Shown here: one piece after another, positions 28,761 through 39,641 of the stretch
How the letters are laid out: the number at the start of each line of letters is the position of its first letter
Position numbering within the stretch: position 1 is the first letter of the stretch
Assembly (NCBI GenBank): GCA_025454875.1
Contig: JALONP010000025.1
Span: 5,264 to 69,263 of the forward strand
DNA length: 64,000 bases
Direction of reading: 5' to 3'
From: Bacteroidia bacterium
GTDB lineage: Bacteria; Bacteroidota; Bacteroidia; UKL13-3
Made by a program: the position numbers and the translations under genes
Notes under the pieces: model-generated
Seen by the model: the letters and a program-made list of their open reading frames with translations, nothing else
Databases searched by the model: none
Told to the model about the DNA's origin: nothing

Positions 28761-30389
28761 ATGAGTGGATTTTTTAAAGTTCCAACTCCGGTAAATGAGC
28801 CGGTATTAAATTATGCTCCAGGAAGCGCAGAGCGCACTGCACTCAAAGCGGCATTGGCACAAGCACGATCAATGCAAGTAGATATTCCAATGTATATTGG
28901 AGGAAAAGAAATTCGCACAAATAAAACGGTGCGCTTGGCTCCTCCACATGACCATAAACACACACTTGGCGTTTTTCACCAAGGCGATAAGTCGCATGTA
29001 ACCCAAGCCATCGAAGCCGCATTGGCCGCCAAAAGTAAATGGGAAAACCTGCCTTGGGAGCAACGCGCTGCCATTTTTTTAAAAGCAGCAGATTTAATTG
29101 CTGGACCTTACAGGGCAAAACTAAATGCTGCAACCATGTTGGGTCAAAGTAAAAATGCGTTTCAAGCAGAAATTGACTCTGCTTGCGAAATCATCGACTT
29201 CTTACGATTTAATGTTGCGTTTATGACGCAAATCTACAACGACCAACCAATATCAGGAAAGGGTATGTGGAACCGAATTGAGTACAGACCACTTGAAGGA
29301 TTTGTATTTGCACTTACGCCATTTAACTTCACTGCTATAGCTGGAAACCTGCCAACGTCTGCTGCAATGATGGGAAATGTGGTTGTATGGAAACCAGCCA
29401 ATACACAAATTTATGCAGCACAAGTTTTGATGGAAATTTTCCAAAAAGCAGGTGTGCCAGCAGGTGTCATTAACCTCGTATATGTTAGTGGTCCTGATGC
29501 AGGTGAGGTTATCTTTAACCATCCTGATTTTGCAGGTATTCACTTTACTGGTTCTACTGCTGTATTTCAGCAAGTTTGGAAATCCATTGGAAACAATATC
29601 CATAAATACAAAACCTACCCTCGCATTGTTGGAGAAACAGGTGGTAAAGATTTTATCATGATTCATCCAAGTGCTGAGGTTAATATGACAGCAACAGCAA
29701 TTGTGCGTGGCGCATTCGAATACCAAGGGCAAAAGTGTTCAGCTGCATCAAGGGTTTATGCCCCTTCTAATTTATGGCCGGCTATTCAAACAAAAGTGGT
29801 TGCTGATTTGACCACGGTAAAAATTGGACCTACCGAAGATTTTGGCAATTTTGTGAATGCAGTTATAGACGAAAAATCATTTGATAAAATTGCACAGTAC
29901 ATTGAGGATGCAAAAAAAGACCCATCATGTACAATTATTGCGGGAGGTACTTATGATAAATCTTCAGGATATTTTGTAACGCCAACCATCATTGTAACAA
30001 CCAATCCAAAGTACACGACCATGTGCGAAGAAATTTTCGGTCCGGTATTAACAGTTTATGTTTATGATGAGCATCAATTTGAAGCTACGCTTGATTTGGT
30101 AAATGAAACATCTGACTACGCACTTACAGGATCCATTATTGCCGAAGACCGTTATGCAATTGATTTGGCTACCCAAAAATTACGCCATGCAGCAGGTAAT
30201 TTTTACATCAATGACAAACCAACTGGAGCTGTAGTAGGCCAACAACCATTTGGAGGTGCGAGGGCAAGTGGTACAAATGATAAAGCTGGTGCCATGGTAA
30301 ATTTATTACGTTGGACATCCATGCGCACTATCAAGGAAACTTTTGTAGCCCCAACAGATTACCGTTATCCTTTTTTGGAACAAGAGTGA
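28761..30389 (+). CDS. pruA: L-glutamate gamma-semialdehyde (1-pyrroline-5-carboxylate) dehydrogenase
   Basis: 542 aa, ALDH superfamily. Has ETGGKDF, GQKCSAASR and EEIFGPV motifs. Confidence 0.9.
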   Translation: MSGFFKVPTPVNEPVLNYAPGSAERTALKAALAQARSMQVDIPMYIGGKEIRTNKTVRLAPPHDHKHTLGVFHQGDKSHVTQAIEAALAAKSKWENLPWEQRAAIFLKAADLIAGPYRAKLNAATMLGQSKNAFQAEIDSACEIIDFLRFNVAFMTQIYNDQPISGKGMWNRIEYRPLEGFVFALTPFNFTAIAGNLPTSAAMMGNVVVWKPANTQIYAAQVLMEIFQKAGVPAGVINLVYVSGPDAGEVIFNHPDFAGIHFTGSTAVFQQVWKSIGNNIHKYKTYPRIVGETGGKDFIMIHPSAEVNMTATAIVRGAFEYQGQKCSAASRVYAPSNLWPAIQTKVVADLTTVKIGPTEDFGNFVNAVIDEKSFDKIAQYIEDAKKDPSCTIIAGGTYDKSSGYFVTPTIIVTTNPKYTTMCEEIFGPVLTVYVYDEHQFEATLDLVNETSDYALTGSIIAEDRYAIDLATQKLRHAAGNFYINDKPTGAVVGQQPFGGARASGTNDKAGAMVNLLRWTSMRTIKETFVAPTDYRYPFLEQE

Positions 30390-30409
30390 TATGCGTATAA
30401 TTCATAATG

Positions 30410-30443
30410 AAGCCGTTATTGCAAATGCATAACGGCTTTTTTT
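30410..30443 (+). terminator. Rho-independent terminator after pruA (abuts the stop of the convergent gene)
   Basis: aagccgttat-tgcaaatgc-ataacggctt gives a 10-bp stem followed by a further T-run extending to 30443. Confidence 0.8.
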
Positions 30444-31005
30444 ATACATCAATACAACCCCTGAATCCCCTTGCAGCATAATAGGATTCAGCACCATTGT
30501 GGTAGGTAAATACCGATCCATAGCGCCAATCACCAAAAATGGCTCCGCCTAATTTACGAATGGAAGCAGGCGTGAGTAACCAACTTGATGTTTTAGTATC
30601 AACAGTTTTTAATTGTTGCAATTGCGCATATTGTTCTTGAGTAAGTAACGTAATTCCCATTTCCTTGGCCATATTGCACGCACTGTTTTGTGGTTTATTT
30701 TCTTTGCGTTTGTTTAAGGCTTCGTGATCGTAACAAAGGCTTCTTCTACCAGCAGGACTTTCGTTTGCGAAATCAGCAAATGTATATATACCAGATTGTG
30801 CATGATACGAAAGCAGAGCAGGTGCTCCTCCGGTTTGTTCCATTGCTTCCAACGCAGCACAAGCTTTAGCCGATTTTTTGAGTTTGGCAGCAATTGGTTC
30901 CCATTGAATTTTTGAATGGTACAACTGTTCCGTTAAAAAGCGTTGGTGCAAAAGTTCAATGATATTGGTAGGAGCCATACTTGTTTGTGTGGTACTTTTT
31001 TTCAT
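30442..31005 (-). CDS. DUF4256-like protein
   Basis: 187 aa with EAMEQTGGAP, CYDHEALNKRKENKP and DTKTSSWLLTP. These match my recollection of DUF4256. Confidence 0.55.
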   Translation of the reverse strand: MKKSTTQTSMAPTNIIELLHQRFLTEQLYHSKIQWEPIAAKLKKSAKACAALEAMEQTGGAPALLSYHAQSGIYTFADFANESPAGRRSLCYDHEALNKRKENKPQNSACNMAKEMGITLLTQEQYAQLQQLKTVDTKTSSWLLTPASIRKLGGAIFGDWRYGSVFTYHNGAESYYAARGFRGCIDV

Positions 31006-31241
31006 TTCAGTAAGATATGTAAATTGTTTGAATAATTATGGAAACTCAAAATAGCTCTCTACAATAAACCAGTTTTACTTTTTGTACAAAAGGAAAAGGA
31101 GCAGTTATAATGAACAGAGATTGAATTGCTTGTACGTTATATTTATTCTAAATGGAACCTAAGAGAATTAGAAAGCAGCCAGTTGGCTTGTAAAAGGTTT
31201 GGCAATATGAGGTTTTCGCTGCAATTGCTAAGGTAGGTCAA

Positions 31242-31625
31242 TCAATCTTTCTTGAGTAAGTAACGAGTAGTTAAAGAAGCAGTGATGATAAAGGGCAGGG
31301 TAGAGCCAACAATCCGCCAACGTAATCCCAACAATCCAATTGCAAACATCAATACAAGTAAACTTGCAATCGCGCCCATGCCAGTCCAAATAAGCCACTT
31401 ATTTGGAGAATGTTGAAGCATACAAATGATTAATAGAAGTTGCCCAATTAAGGGTATGATAGTAAGCGGATGTATAACCTGCATCGGATTAACAGCTAAA
31501 GTGGATAGGATATCCCATTCTGCCTGCCACAATACCACATGCTGGTTATTTCCCCATTCAAGGTAACCCAACAAGGATGAAAATACCAATCCCAAACAAT
31601 ACCATTTTGATTTACTCAAAACCAA
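31242..31625 (-). CDS. Small 4-TM membrane protein, hypothetical
   Basis: 127 aa, hydrophobic. Its start overlaps the acyltransferase stop by 10 nt. Confidence 0.5.
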   Translation of the reverse strand: MVLSKSKWYCLGLVFSSLLGYLEWGNNQHVVLWQAEWDILSTLAVNPMQVIHPLTIIPLIGQLLLIICMLQHSPNKWLIWTGMGAIASLLVLMFAIGLLGLRWRIVGSTLPFIITASLTTRYLLKKD

Positions 31626-32674
31626 AGAGATTTAGGTGTGCTTGCGTACCTTTTTAACTTTAAAGCAGGTGCCTCTATCCAATGCCAAGAGCAATATGAT
31701 ACAATACCTGTAATTAATAATCCAATAAAGGTGAGCACAATGGGTTGTATTGGGTTCAGGTAATACACCACCAACTGTTGAATAGGGAATCCATAAATAT
31801 AAATTCCATATGATAAATCTCCAACATACTCGCCAATTGATTTTAAATACCGTGTTGCTGATAAGCCAAAAAGCAAGATTGGCAATGGGAGAATAAAATA
31901 GCGGAATACCATAAAAACGTTACTGTAAATGCAAATGGCAATTAGAAGTAAGAAAATACAAATCCAGATCCACTTATAGGTTAACCGCTCTATTTGGTGT
32001 GCAGCCAAGGTTGAGCCAATCAAGAAAAAAGTCCCCAAGTCAATCATCAATGCCGAATCCAAATAAGAACCAAAGGATACTTTTTGGGCAAGTTGTGGTA
32101 CCAACATTTGTAAAATGATAAGCACACAAACCAATATTGTTACTAACCATTTTGTAAATACGTTCCGTTGGCGTATTCCTAAAAAAAGAGCAATGCAAAC
32201 ATACATTGTAAATTCATAGGCAATTGTCCATAGGCTTCCGTTTACGATATTAGGGTGTGGATTGTTTTCAAACACACCATCGATAAAATATTGTGTGGGA
32301 TACAATAACAAGTTTTTCCAAAAATATGACCAATAACTTGGGTCGCTGTAAAAGTTTGCGTTTCCTTGATAAGCGATTGGAACGAGTACGGTAAGGGTTA
32401 ATATCAGCATAACAAACAATGCGGGGAATAACCTTAAAAAGCGTTTGAAAAAATAATCGAAAACGCTTTTACTTCGCTCCATACTTTGATAAATAAGGTA
32501 GCCACTTAAAACAAAAAAGCCTTTTACTCCAACATATGAAAGAATAATTTGTCCATTTGACAGTTCGCATAACCAGTCGCATTTTAACGAGCCTGTTAAT
32601 GGGTAGGAGTGTGAAACAATTACAAAGATTGCGAAAACCAATCGTAAGAAATCAAAGTTATTTACCCTATTCAT
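31616..32674 (-). CDS. Acyltransferase family 3 (OafA-like) membrane protein
   Basis: 352 aa with about 10 TM segments. The N-terminus NFDFLRLVFAIFVIVSHSY is the acyl_transf_3 hallmark. Confidence 0.85.
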   Translation of the reverse strand: MNRVNNFDFLRLVFAIFVIVSHSYPLTGSLKCDWLCELSNGQIILSYVGVKGFFVLSGYLIYQSMERSKSVFDYFFKRFLRLFPALFVMLILTLTVLVPIAYQGNANFYSDPSYWSYFWKNLLLYPTQYFIDGVFENNPHPNIVNGSLWTIAYEFTMYVCIALFLGIRQRNVFTKWLVTILVCVLIILQMLVPQLAQKVSFGSYLDSALMIDLGTFFLIGSTLAAHQIERLTYKWIWICIFLLLIAICIYSNVFMVFRYFILPLPILLFGLSATRYLKSIGEYVGDLSYGIYIYGFPIQQLVVYYLNPIQPIVLTFIGLLITGIVSYCSWHWIEAPALKLKRYASTPKSLWF

Positions 32675-33378
32675 TTTGTTTTTTGGGGTTGAGGTCCTTT
32701 AGGCCTTAAAGGTCGTATTTCTAGATTTACCGTGTGAAAATTGTCAGGCATTTCAAGCGCATGCACAATATTAGTGGCAATGTCTTCGGGCATTAACATG
32801 TAATCATGGGGTTTAATATTTGGGCTGTTTCTAAAAAAGTCGGTTTTAACAGAACCTGGATAAATGCAGGTTACTTTGATGTTAAAATCACGTACTTCCC
32901 TAAACAATGATTCGCTTAATCCTTTCACAGCCCATTTACTTGCGCAATAAGCTGCAACTTGCGGCATACCTTCTAGTGCAGCAGTTGAAGCGATATTGAT
33001 GATGTGGCCTTTTTCTTGGGCTTTCATCAATGGTAATACCTCACGGCAACAATAAATGGTTCCGTTTACGTTGGTTTCCATCATCTCGGTAATCTCTGTT
33101 TGCGGCATTTCTTCAAGCATTCCAAAATAACCAAGTCCGGCATTGTTTACCAAAATATCAATTGCAGCTGTGGTTGATTTGATTTGGGCAAATGCTTGGT
33201 GTACTTCGTTTGGGTTTCGTACATCACAAGGTACAAATATGAAGTTTGGATGCACAATATGGTTATGACGCCCCAAGCCATAAACAATTGCACCTTTTTG
33301 GAGCAATGCACTTGCAGTAGCGTATCCAATTCCTTTGCTTACTCCAGTGATTACAGCAATCGATTTTAGCAGTTTCAT
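32671..33378 (-). CDS. SDR family oxidoreductase
   Basis: Has VITGVSKGIG, NNAG and YCASK motifs. Its stop overlaps the acyltransferase start (4 nt). Confidence 0.85.
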   Translation of the reverse strand: MKLLKSIAVITGVSKGIGYATASALLQKGAIVYGLGRHNHIVHPNFIFVPCDVRNPNEVHQAFAQIKSTTAAIDILVNNAGLGYFGMLEEMPQTEITEMMETNVNGTIYCCREVLPLMKAQEKGHIINIASTAALEGMPQVAAYCASKWAVKGLSESLFREVRDFNIKVTCIYPGSVKTDFFRNSPNIKPHDYMLMPEDIATNIVHALEMPDNFHTVNLEIRPLRPKGPQPQKTK

Positions 33379-33394
33379 AAATCAAACATAACAT

Positions 33395-33429
33395 AAAAAA
33401 ACCACCTCCTGCAAACTGCCGAAGGTGGT
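33395..33429 (-). terminator. Rho-independent terminator after accC
   Basis: On the minus strand, accacct-15 nt-aggtggt (7-bp stem) is followed by six T. It lies 21 nt downstream of the accC stop. Confidence 0.65.
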
Positions 33430-33449
33430 AAAAATTAAAAACAAGAGAT

Positions 33450-34793
33450 TTATTTAATCTCAAATGTATTCATAAACGCAGTGGTGAAGTTTCCTTTCTT
33501 AAAATCTTCGTTCTGCATTAATTGCTGATGCAACGGTATGGTTGTTTTAATGCCAGGCCCTTCAATAATAAACTCACCCAAAGCTCTCTCCATTTTGATA
33601 ATAGCTTCTTCACGAGTTTGCGCAAATACAATCAATTTTGCAATCATCGAATCGTAATTGGAAGGAATGGTATAACCTGCGTAAATATGAGTGTCTACGC
33701 GAACACCGTGTCCTCCTGGTTTGTGAAGGTATTCAATTTTGCCAGGTGTTGGCCTAAAGTTGTTCTGAGGATCTTCCGCATTAATACGGCATTCAATTGC
33801 ATGGCGGAAAGGGAAATAATTTTTACCACTAATTGGTACACCTGCAGCAATTAATATTTGTTCTTTAACCAAGTCGTAATTAATTACCTCTTCAGTTACT
33901 GGATGTTCTACTTGAATGCGTGTATTCATTTCCATAAAGTAGAAGTTGCGGTGTTTGTCTACCAAAAATTCAATGGTTCCTAAACCTTCATAATTAATAG
34001 CTTTGGCTCCTTTAACAGCAGCTTCTCCCATTTTTTCGCGCAGTTCTGGAGTAATAAATGGAGAAGGAGCTTCTTCAATTAATTTTTGATGCCTACGTTG
34101 AATAGAGCAGTCTCGCTCACTCAAATGGCATACGTTTCCATATTGGTCGCCTGCTAATTGTATCTCGATATGGCGTGGCTCCTCTACATATTTTTCCATG
34201 TAAATGCCATCGTTCCCAAATGCGGCTGCCGACTCTTGTTTGGCGCTATCCCAATGGCGTTCAAATTCTTCGTCATTCCAAATAATACGCATCCCGCGCC
34301 CACCACCACCTGCGGTAGCTTTGATAATTACTGGGTAGCCAATTGTTTTGGCAAGTTCACGTCCTTGTTCAGCACTTTCCAACAATCCATCAGAACCTGG
34401 AATAACCGGAACGCCAGCTTTTTTCATTGTATCTTTTGCACTGGCTTTATCACCCATTGCATTAATCATCTCAGGTGATGCGCCAATAAATTTGATTCCA
34501 TGATCACGGCAAATTCCAGAGAATTTGGCGTTTTCTGATAAAAAGCCATATCCAGGATGAATTGCATCTGCATTGGTAATTTCAGCAGCTGCAATAATAT
34601 TTGCCATGTTTAAGTACGATTGAGGCGAAGGCGCAGGACCGATGCATACAGCTTCATCTGCAAAACGCACATGCAAACTATCTTTATCAGCAGTAGAGTA
34701 TACGGCTACAGTTTTAATGCCCATTTCGCGAGCAGTACGGATAACACGCAAGGCGATTTCACCTCTGTTGGCAATTAGTATTTTTTTAAACAT
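33450..34793 (-). CDS. accC: Acetyl-CoA carboxylase biotin carboxylase subunit
   Basis: 447 aa. Has [23 protein letters not shown] and [14 protein letters not shown] motifs. Confidence 0.95.
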   Translation of the reverse strand: MFKKILIANRGEIALRVIRTAREMGIKTVAVYSTADKDSLHVRFADEAVCIGPAPSPQSYLNMANIIAAAEITNADAIHPGYGFLSENAKFSGICRDHGIKFIGASPEMINAMGDKASAKDTMKKAGVPVIPGSDGLLESAEQGRELAKTIGYPVIIKATAGGGGRGMRIIWNDEEFERHWDSAKQESAAAFGNDGIYMEKYVEEPRHIEIQLAGDQYGNVCHLSERDCSIQRRHQKLIEEAPSPFITPELREKMGEAAVKGAKAINYEGLGTIEFLVDKHRNFYFMEMNTRIQVEHPVTEEVINYDLVKEQILIAAGVPISGKNYFPFRHAIECRINAEDPQNNFRPTPGKIEYLHKPGGHGVRVDTHIYAGYTIPSNYDSMIAKLIVFAQTREEAIIKMERALGEFIIEGPGIKTTIPLHQQLMQNEDFKKGNFTTAFMNTFEIK

Positions 34794-34900
34794 TGGTTTC
34801 TTAATTTGATGATTTGAGAATTGGTTAATTTGATAATGGAGTAGATGATCATGCGCATTGAAAAGGCATCATCAAATAATCAAATTAGCACACTGTCAAA

Positions 34901-35371
34901 TTACATAGGCTCTACCAAAAACAAAGGTTGGTCATACTCAACAGGAGAAGCATTTTCAACCAAAATTTTCACGATTTTACCAGAAACTTCAGATTCAATC
35001 TCGTTGAATAACTTCATTGCTTCTACGATACAAAGCACCGAACCAGGTTTAATTTCATCGCCAATATTTACAAATGCAGGTTTATCGGGCGAAGAAGATT
35101 TATAAAAAGTACCAATCATTGGCGACTTAATGGTAATCAGGTTGCTAGAAGTTGAAGGTGCAGCAGGAGCAACTGGTGCAGCAGGGGCAGCCGGTGCGGC
35201 AGGAATGGTTACCTGAACAGGTGCTGCTTGTACTGCAGGGGCTTGCACGATAGTGGTTTTTTCTTCCACTTTTTTAATGGCAATTTTAAAATCGCCTTTT
35301 TCCACTTCCACTTCCGAAACCTCCGCTTCTGATACCAATTTAATCAGTTCTTTAATCTCTTTTAATTCCAT
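34901..35371 (-). CDS. accB: Acetyl-CoA carboxylase biotin carboxyl carrier protein
   Basis: 156 aa with an Ala/Pro linker and the [13 protein letters not shown] biotinylation motif. Confidence 0.95.
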   Translation of the reverse strand: MELKEIKELIKLVSEAEVSEVEVEKGDFKIAIKKVEEKTTIVQAPAVQAAPVQVTIPAAPAAPAAPVAPAAPSTSSNLITIKSPMIGTFYKSSSPDKPAFVNIGDEIKPGSVLCIVEAMKLFNEIESEVSGKIVKILVENASPVEYDQPLFLVEPM

Positions 35372-35481
35372 AATCTTGAGAGTCGTTTAATAAATCAAAT
35401 GTAGAGTTTTTTTAAAATTCTCATTGTTTTCACGCAAATTTTAATGCGTTTATAAGCAATTGAGGTAAAAAAGCTAAAACT

Positions 35482-36477
35482 TTAGCTATTGTAAGCCCAT
35501 TTTAGGTAAATGGCGCCCCAAGTAAACCCGCCCCCAAAAGCAGACAAAATAATATTGTCGCCTTTTTTAAGTTGCTTTTCCCACTCCCATAAGCAGAGTG
35601 GCAATGTGCCATTGGTCGTATTGCCAAAATGGTCAATATTAATCATTACTTTCTCGCGCGGAAGTCCCATGCGCTCAGCCGTAGCATCTATGATACGCAG
35701 GTTGGCTTGGTGTGGAACCAACCAAGCTACATCATCAGCTGTTAAACTGTTGCGTTCCATGATTTGTGCCGAAACATCGGCCATGCCGCTTACAGCGTAT
35801 TTAAATACTGTTTTGCCATCTTGGTACACGTAATGTTCGCGTGCATCAACAGTGGCACGTGTTGGTGGTTTAAGTGATCCACCCGCTTTTTGGTGTAAGA
35901 AATGACGGCCATGCCCGTCCACTTTTAAAATACTGTCTATTACTCCTAATCCTTCTTCGTTGGGTTCAAGTAATACACAACCTAGGCCATCGCCAAAAAT
36001 AATACAAGTATTGCGGTCTGTATAATCAATGATAGACGACATTTTATCACCACCCACTACTACTACTTTTTGGTAACGTCCGCTTTCAACAAATTTTGCC
36101 CCTGTTTCAAGCGCAAACAAAAAGCCCGAACAAGCAGCAGCCAAGTCATATCCAAACGCATTTTTAGCACCAATTTTATCTGCTAAAATACATGCACTCG
36201 ATGGGAAAATAAGGTCTGGAGTAACTGTTGCAAAAATAATTAGGTCAATTTCTTCGGCTGTGATACCGCGTTTTTGCAACAAGCCATTTACTGCCGGAAC
36301 CGCCATATCTGAAGTAGCCAAATTAGGGTCTTTTAAAATATGGCGCTCCCGAATACCGGTTCTTGTTAGAATCCATTCATCGGTGGTATCCACCATTTTT
36401 TCCAAGTCTTTGTTGGTTAACAAATCTTCAGGAACATACCCATTTACGCAGGTAATTGCGGCAGTAATTTTATTCAT
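35482..36477 (-). CDS. fabH: Beta-ketoacyl-ACP synthase III
   Basis: 331 aa with AACSGF (active Cys), HQANLRI and GNTTNGT motifs. Confidence 0.95.
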   Translation of the reverse strand: MNKITAAITCVNGYVPEDLLTNKDLEKMVDTTDEWILTRTGIRERHILKDPNLATSDMAVPAVNGLLQKRGITAEEIDLIIFATVTPDLIFPSSACILADKIGAKNAFGYDLAAACSGFLFALETGAKFVESGRYQKVVVVGGDKMSSIIDYTDRNTCIIFGDGLGCVLLEPNEEGLGVIDSILKVDGHGRHFLHQKAGGSLKPPTRATVDAREHYVYQDGKTVFKYAVSGMADVSAQIMERNSLTADDVAWLVPHQANLRIIDATAERMGLPREKVMINIDHFGNTTNGTLPLCLWEWEKQLKKGDNIILSAFGGGFTWGAIYLKWAYNS

Positions 36478-37436
36478 TATTGAGTAGGTGGAACTAGGTT
36501 TTTAAAGGCTTCACGTATCACGCTGCATAGGTTTGAGTTAACCACATCGCGTGCCGAAAAAATCATGTTTTTAAAAGCTTTTGCATTTGAAATTCCATGG
36601 CCAATTATTACAGGGGCATTTACACCTAAAATAGGAGTTCCTCCATAATTCTCGTAGTTCATGCTTTCAAAATAATCATCGTTGATACCCCGTTTTTTCA
36701 GAACATAATACACCGACTCAAAAGCTTTAAGTACAATGTTTCCAACAAAACCTTCACAAACGTAAACATCTGCTTTATCGGCTATAAAATCACGTCCTTC
36801 AACATTGCCAACAAAGTTAAATACATCAGTCTCTTCCATAATATGGTGAGCCGAAATGGTAACTAAGTTGCCTTTTTCCTTCTCTTCGCCAATGCTTACC
36901 AATCCAACGCGTGGGTTTTCAATACCCATTACATGTTTGGTCATTAAGTGACCCAAAATGCCAAATTGGTACAATACATCGGGTTTGCAGTCGGCATTGG
37001 CACCAGCATCAAGTAACAATCCAAACTTGCCGTTTGGCTTGGGTACAATTGCTGTGACACAAGGGCGGATAACGCCTTCTATTGGTTTTACTGAAAACAT
37101 GGCTCCAACCAACATTGCACCAGTATTTCCTGCGCTCACAAACGCATCAATTTGTTTTTGTGCAAGCATGCCAAAACCAATTGAAATACTTGAATTACGT
37201 TTTTGTTGAATTGCTTTGGTCGGATGCTCGCTCATGCCGATAACCTCTGTGGTATGCACAAAGTCAAAATCAGCTTCCGTAAGCCCATTCTCAATCACTT
37301 GAGCCAAAGCAGCCTCTTTATCGCCTATAAGCACAATGCGCTCGCCTTGGTTTAGTTGTTTGAACGCTTGAACAGCGCCTGCAATAGCTTCCTTGGGGGC
37401 ATAATCGCCACCCATTACATCAAATCCAATCTTCAT
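36477..37436 (-). CDS. plsX: Phosphate acyltransferase PlsX
   Basis: 319 aa with [19 protein letters not shown] and a GHG region. Its stop overlaps the fabH start by 1 nt. Confidence 0.95.
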   Translation of the reverse strand: MKIGFDVMGGDYAPKEAIAGAVQAFKQLNQGERIVLIGDKEAALAQVIENGLTEADFDFVHTTEVIGMSEHPTKAIQQKRNSSISIGFGMLAQKQIDAFVSAGNTGAMLVGAMFSVKPIEGVIRPCVTAIVPKPNGKFGLLLDAGANADCKPDVLYQFGILGHLMTKHVMGIENPRVGLVSIGEEKEKGNLVTISAHHIMEETDVFNFVGNVEGRDFIADKADVYVCEGFVGNIVLKAFESVYYVLKKRGINDDYFESMNYENYGGTPILGVNAPVIIGHGISNAKAFKNMIFSARDVVNSNLCSVIREAFKNLVPPTQ

Positions 37437-37461
37437 GTATTAATTGTTTGTTGCGAAACAA

Positions 37462-37647
37462 TTATACATCTTTTTTCATTTCAGGAAAAACATGTTTCCC
37501 TTTGTAAAAGCCATCAGCAGTTACACGGTGACGCAAATGCGTTTCACCAGAAGTAACATCAACAGTTAAAGTTGGAGTTGCTCCTTTGTAGTGGGTTCTT
37601 CTTTTATCTCTGCGGGCGTTGGAGATTTTTCGTTTAGGATTTGGCAT
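37462..37647 (-). CDS. rpmF: 50S ribosomal protein L32
   Basis: 61 aa. The N-terminus [19 protein letters not shown] is the L32 signature. Confidence 0.9.
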   Translation of the reverse strand: MPNPKRKISNARRDKRRTHYKGATPTLTVDVTSGETHLRHRVTADGFYKGKHVFPEMKKDV

Positions 37648-37668
37648 AGTCGTATAATTTACGCGTTG

Positions 37669-38196
37669 TTAATGATTGTTTTTTAAAATATCTTTCAATT
37701 TATCCCAAGCAGGGTTGGTTTCACCTTCTGGTTGTTCCAAATGGTTAAGTTGCTCCAACTTGGCTATTGCTTCTTGATTGCATGTTTTGGTGCCGCTCAA
37801 ATCGCAAACTTTTCTTACTGGTATTGAAAGAATTAGGCTTTCATACAAGTATTGAGACAAGTCGAACTCAAGCAACTTATCTGTAATGTATATGATTTCA
37901 TCGTCATCATAATTTTCGGTTACACTTACTTTCATAATCAATTCAAAATCATGATTAATTGGCAACGAAAATTCCTCCAAGCACACATCACATTCACAGA
38001 TTACAGTTCCTGTTAAATTGAAGTTGAGTTCATACAAATTTGGGGTTTTGGTAAGCACCAAATCGGCTGTAACAGCTGACTCAGAAAGGGTGGAACCCTC
38101 TATGCTTGCTAAAAAGGAACGGTTGAGATTGAACATGTATTCATTTCTCCCCATTCGTATTTTATTAAACTCCAATATGTACTCTTTCGACCTCAC
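37669..38196 (-). CDS. yceD: YceD/DUF177 family protein
   Basis: It sits upstream of rpmF as in most bacteria. Has KEYILEFNKIRMGRNEYMFNL and a CDVCLEEF Cys pair. GTG at 38196 is preferred over the ATG at 38256. Confidence 0.75.
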   Translation of the reverse strand: MRSKEYILEFNKIRMGRNEYMFNLNRSFLASIEGSTLSESAVTADLVLTKTPNLYELNFNLTGTVICECDVCLEEFSLPINHDFELIMKVSVTENYDDDEIIYITDKLLEFDLSQYLYESLILSIPVRKVCDLSGTKTCNQEAIAKLEQLNHLEQPEGETNPAWDKLKDILKNNH

Positions 38197-38362
38197 AATT
38201 TCACAGAAAGCCCGCGAAGATATGCCATTGTGGTGAAAAAAATAAACTTTTGGCAAAAAAATGCGGCTATGGCTCCGTTAAGTCTCAATTCATTTGGTGG
38301 AGTTCATATCAATGCTATTGACAAAAATTGCGTTCTGGCTTTCAAAACTGTGCGGTGTTCCT

Positions 38363-38370
38363 TACATTTG
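38363..38370 (+). promoter_or_regulatory. Candidate Bacteroidota -7 box (TAnnTTTG) for ald
   Basis: TACATTTG lies 18 nt upstream of the ATG at 38389. This is a pattern match only. Confidence 0.3.
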
Positions 38371-38388
38371 GGAGATAATAGCCTAACA

Positions 38389-39615
38389 ATGGAAGAAAAC
38401 TCCAAATCTGGATTTAGCGAATTGGCTCGTCAAGCGTCACTTCAACCCAAAGAAGCACTGATGGAAATCAAGAAACCCCATCAAACACTGTATATCGGTG
38501 TGCCTAAAGAGTGCACCCTTCAAGAAAACCGTGTTGCTTTAACACCATCTTCAGTTAATTTATTGGTAAACAACGGCATTGAAGTTTGGATTGAAACAGG
38601 TGCAGGCAAAGAGGCAAAATTTGCCGACAAAGAATACAGCGAAGCGGGAGCAAAGATTTGTTACAGCAGGGATGAGGTGTACAAAGCAGATGCAATTGTA
38701 AAAGTAGAACCCCTGAGTGAAGAGGAAACCTTATTAATGAGGCCGAATCAACTTTTGATTTCAGCAATACAGTTGAGCAATAAGTCAGAGAGTTACATCC
38801 GCTCGTTAATGAACAAAAAAATATCTGCAATAGCGTTTGAGTACCTCAAATCGGCTGATGGTATTTACCCCGTTGTGCGGAGCATTAGCGAAATAGCAGG
38901 AACCTCGGCAATATCTGTTGCTGCCGAATATTTATGCTCTACACGGGGAGGCAAAGGCGAAATGTTGGGTGGTGTTACGGGCATTCCACCCACCGAAATT
39001 GTGATTATTGGCGCAGGTACTGTTGGTGAGTATGCAGCCAGAGCGGCTTTGGGTGTTGGGGCAACTGTAAAGGTATTTGACAATTCGCTCGAAAAATTGC
39101 GCAAGCTGCAAAACAACCTTGGCGTTAAAATATTTACCTCGTTGTTGCATCCTAAAATTTTGCAAAAGGCAATTGCCACTGCCGATGTAGCCATTGGTTG
39201 TTTGTGGAGCGAAGAAGGCCGAAGCCCAACAATAGTTACTGAAGAAATGGTTGCCAAAATGAAACCGTTGTCTGTAATTGTGGATATATGCATAGACCAA
39301 GGTGGTTGTTTTGAAACATCGGAACTTACCTCGCATCAAAATCCAACGTTTATTAAACATGATGTGATTCATTATTGTGTGCCCAATTTGGCATCGAGGG
39401 TAAGTAGAACTGCAAGTTATGCATTGAGCAATATCCTCACACCTATTTTGCTCGATATTTCAGAAGCAGGATCCATTACCAACTATATCTGGGAACACCA
39501 ATATGCCCGCAGTGGTGTATACATTTACAAAGGCAACCTAACCAACAAACATATTGGCAAGCGGCTCAATATTTACCATAAAGATATTGACTTGTTGATT
39601 GCTGCGCATGCGTAG
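38389..39615 (+). CDS. ald: Alanine dehydrogenase / PNT-alpha family NAD-binding protein
   Basis: Has IGVPKECTLQENRVALTPSSV (AlaDH/PNT N-domain) and VIIGAGTVGEYAA (Rossmann). ATG at 38389 is preferred over the upstream extension. Confidence 0.7.
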   Translation: MEENSKSGFSELARQASLQPKEALMEIKKPHQTLYIGVPKECTLQENRVALTPSSVNLLVNNGIEVWIETGAGKEAKFADKEYSEAGAKICYSRDEVYKADAIVKVEPLSEEETLLMRPNQLLISAIQLSNKSESYIRSLMNKKISAIAFEYLKSADGIYPVVRSISEIAGTSAISVAAEYLCSTRGGKGEMLGGVTGIPPTEIVIIGAGTVGEYAARAALGVGATVKVFDNSLEKLRKLQNNLGVKIFTSLLHPKILQKAIATADVAIGCLWSEEGRSPTIVTEEMVAKMKPLSVIVDICIDQGGCFETSELTSHQNPTFIKHDVIHYCVPNLASRVSRTASYALSNILTPILLDISEAGSITNYIWEHQYARSGVYIYKGNLTNKHIGKRLNIYHKDIDLLIAAHA

Positions 39616-39641
39616 GTAAGGTTGTATTTATAGATGAGTTA

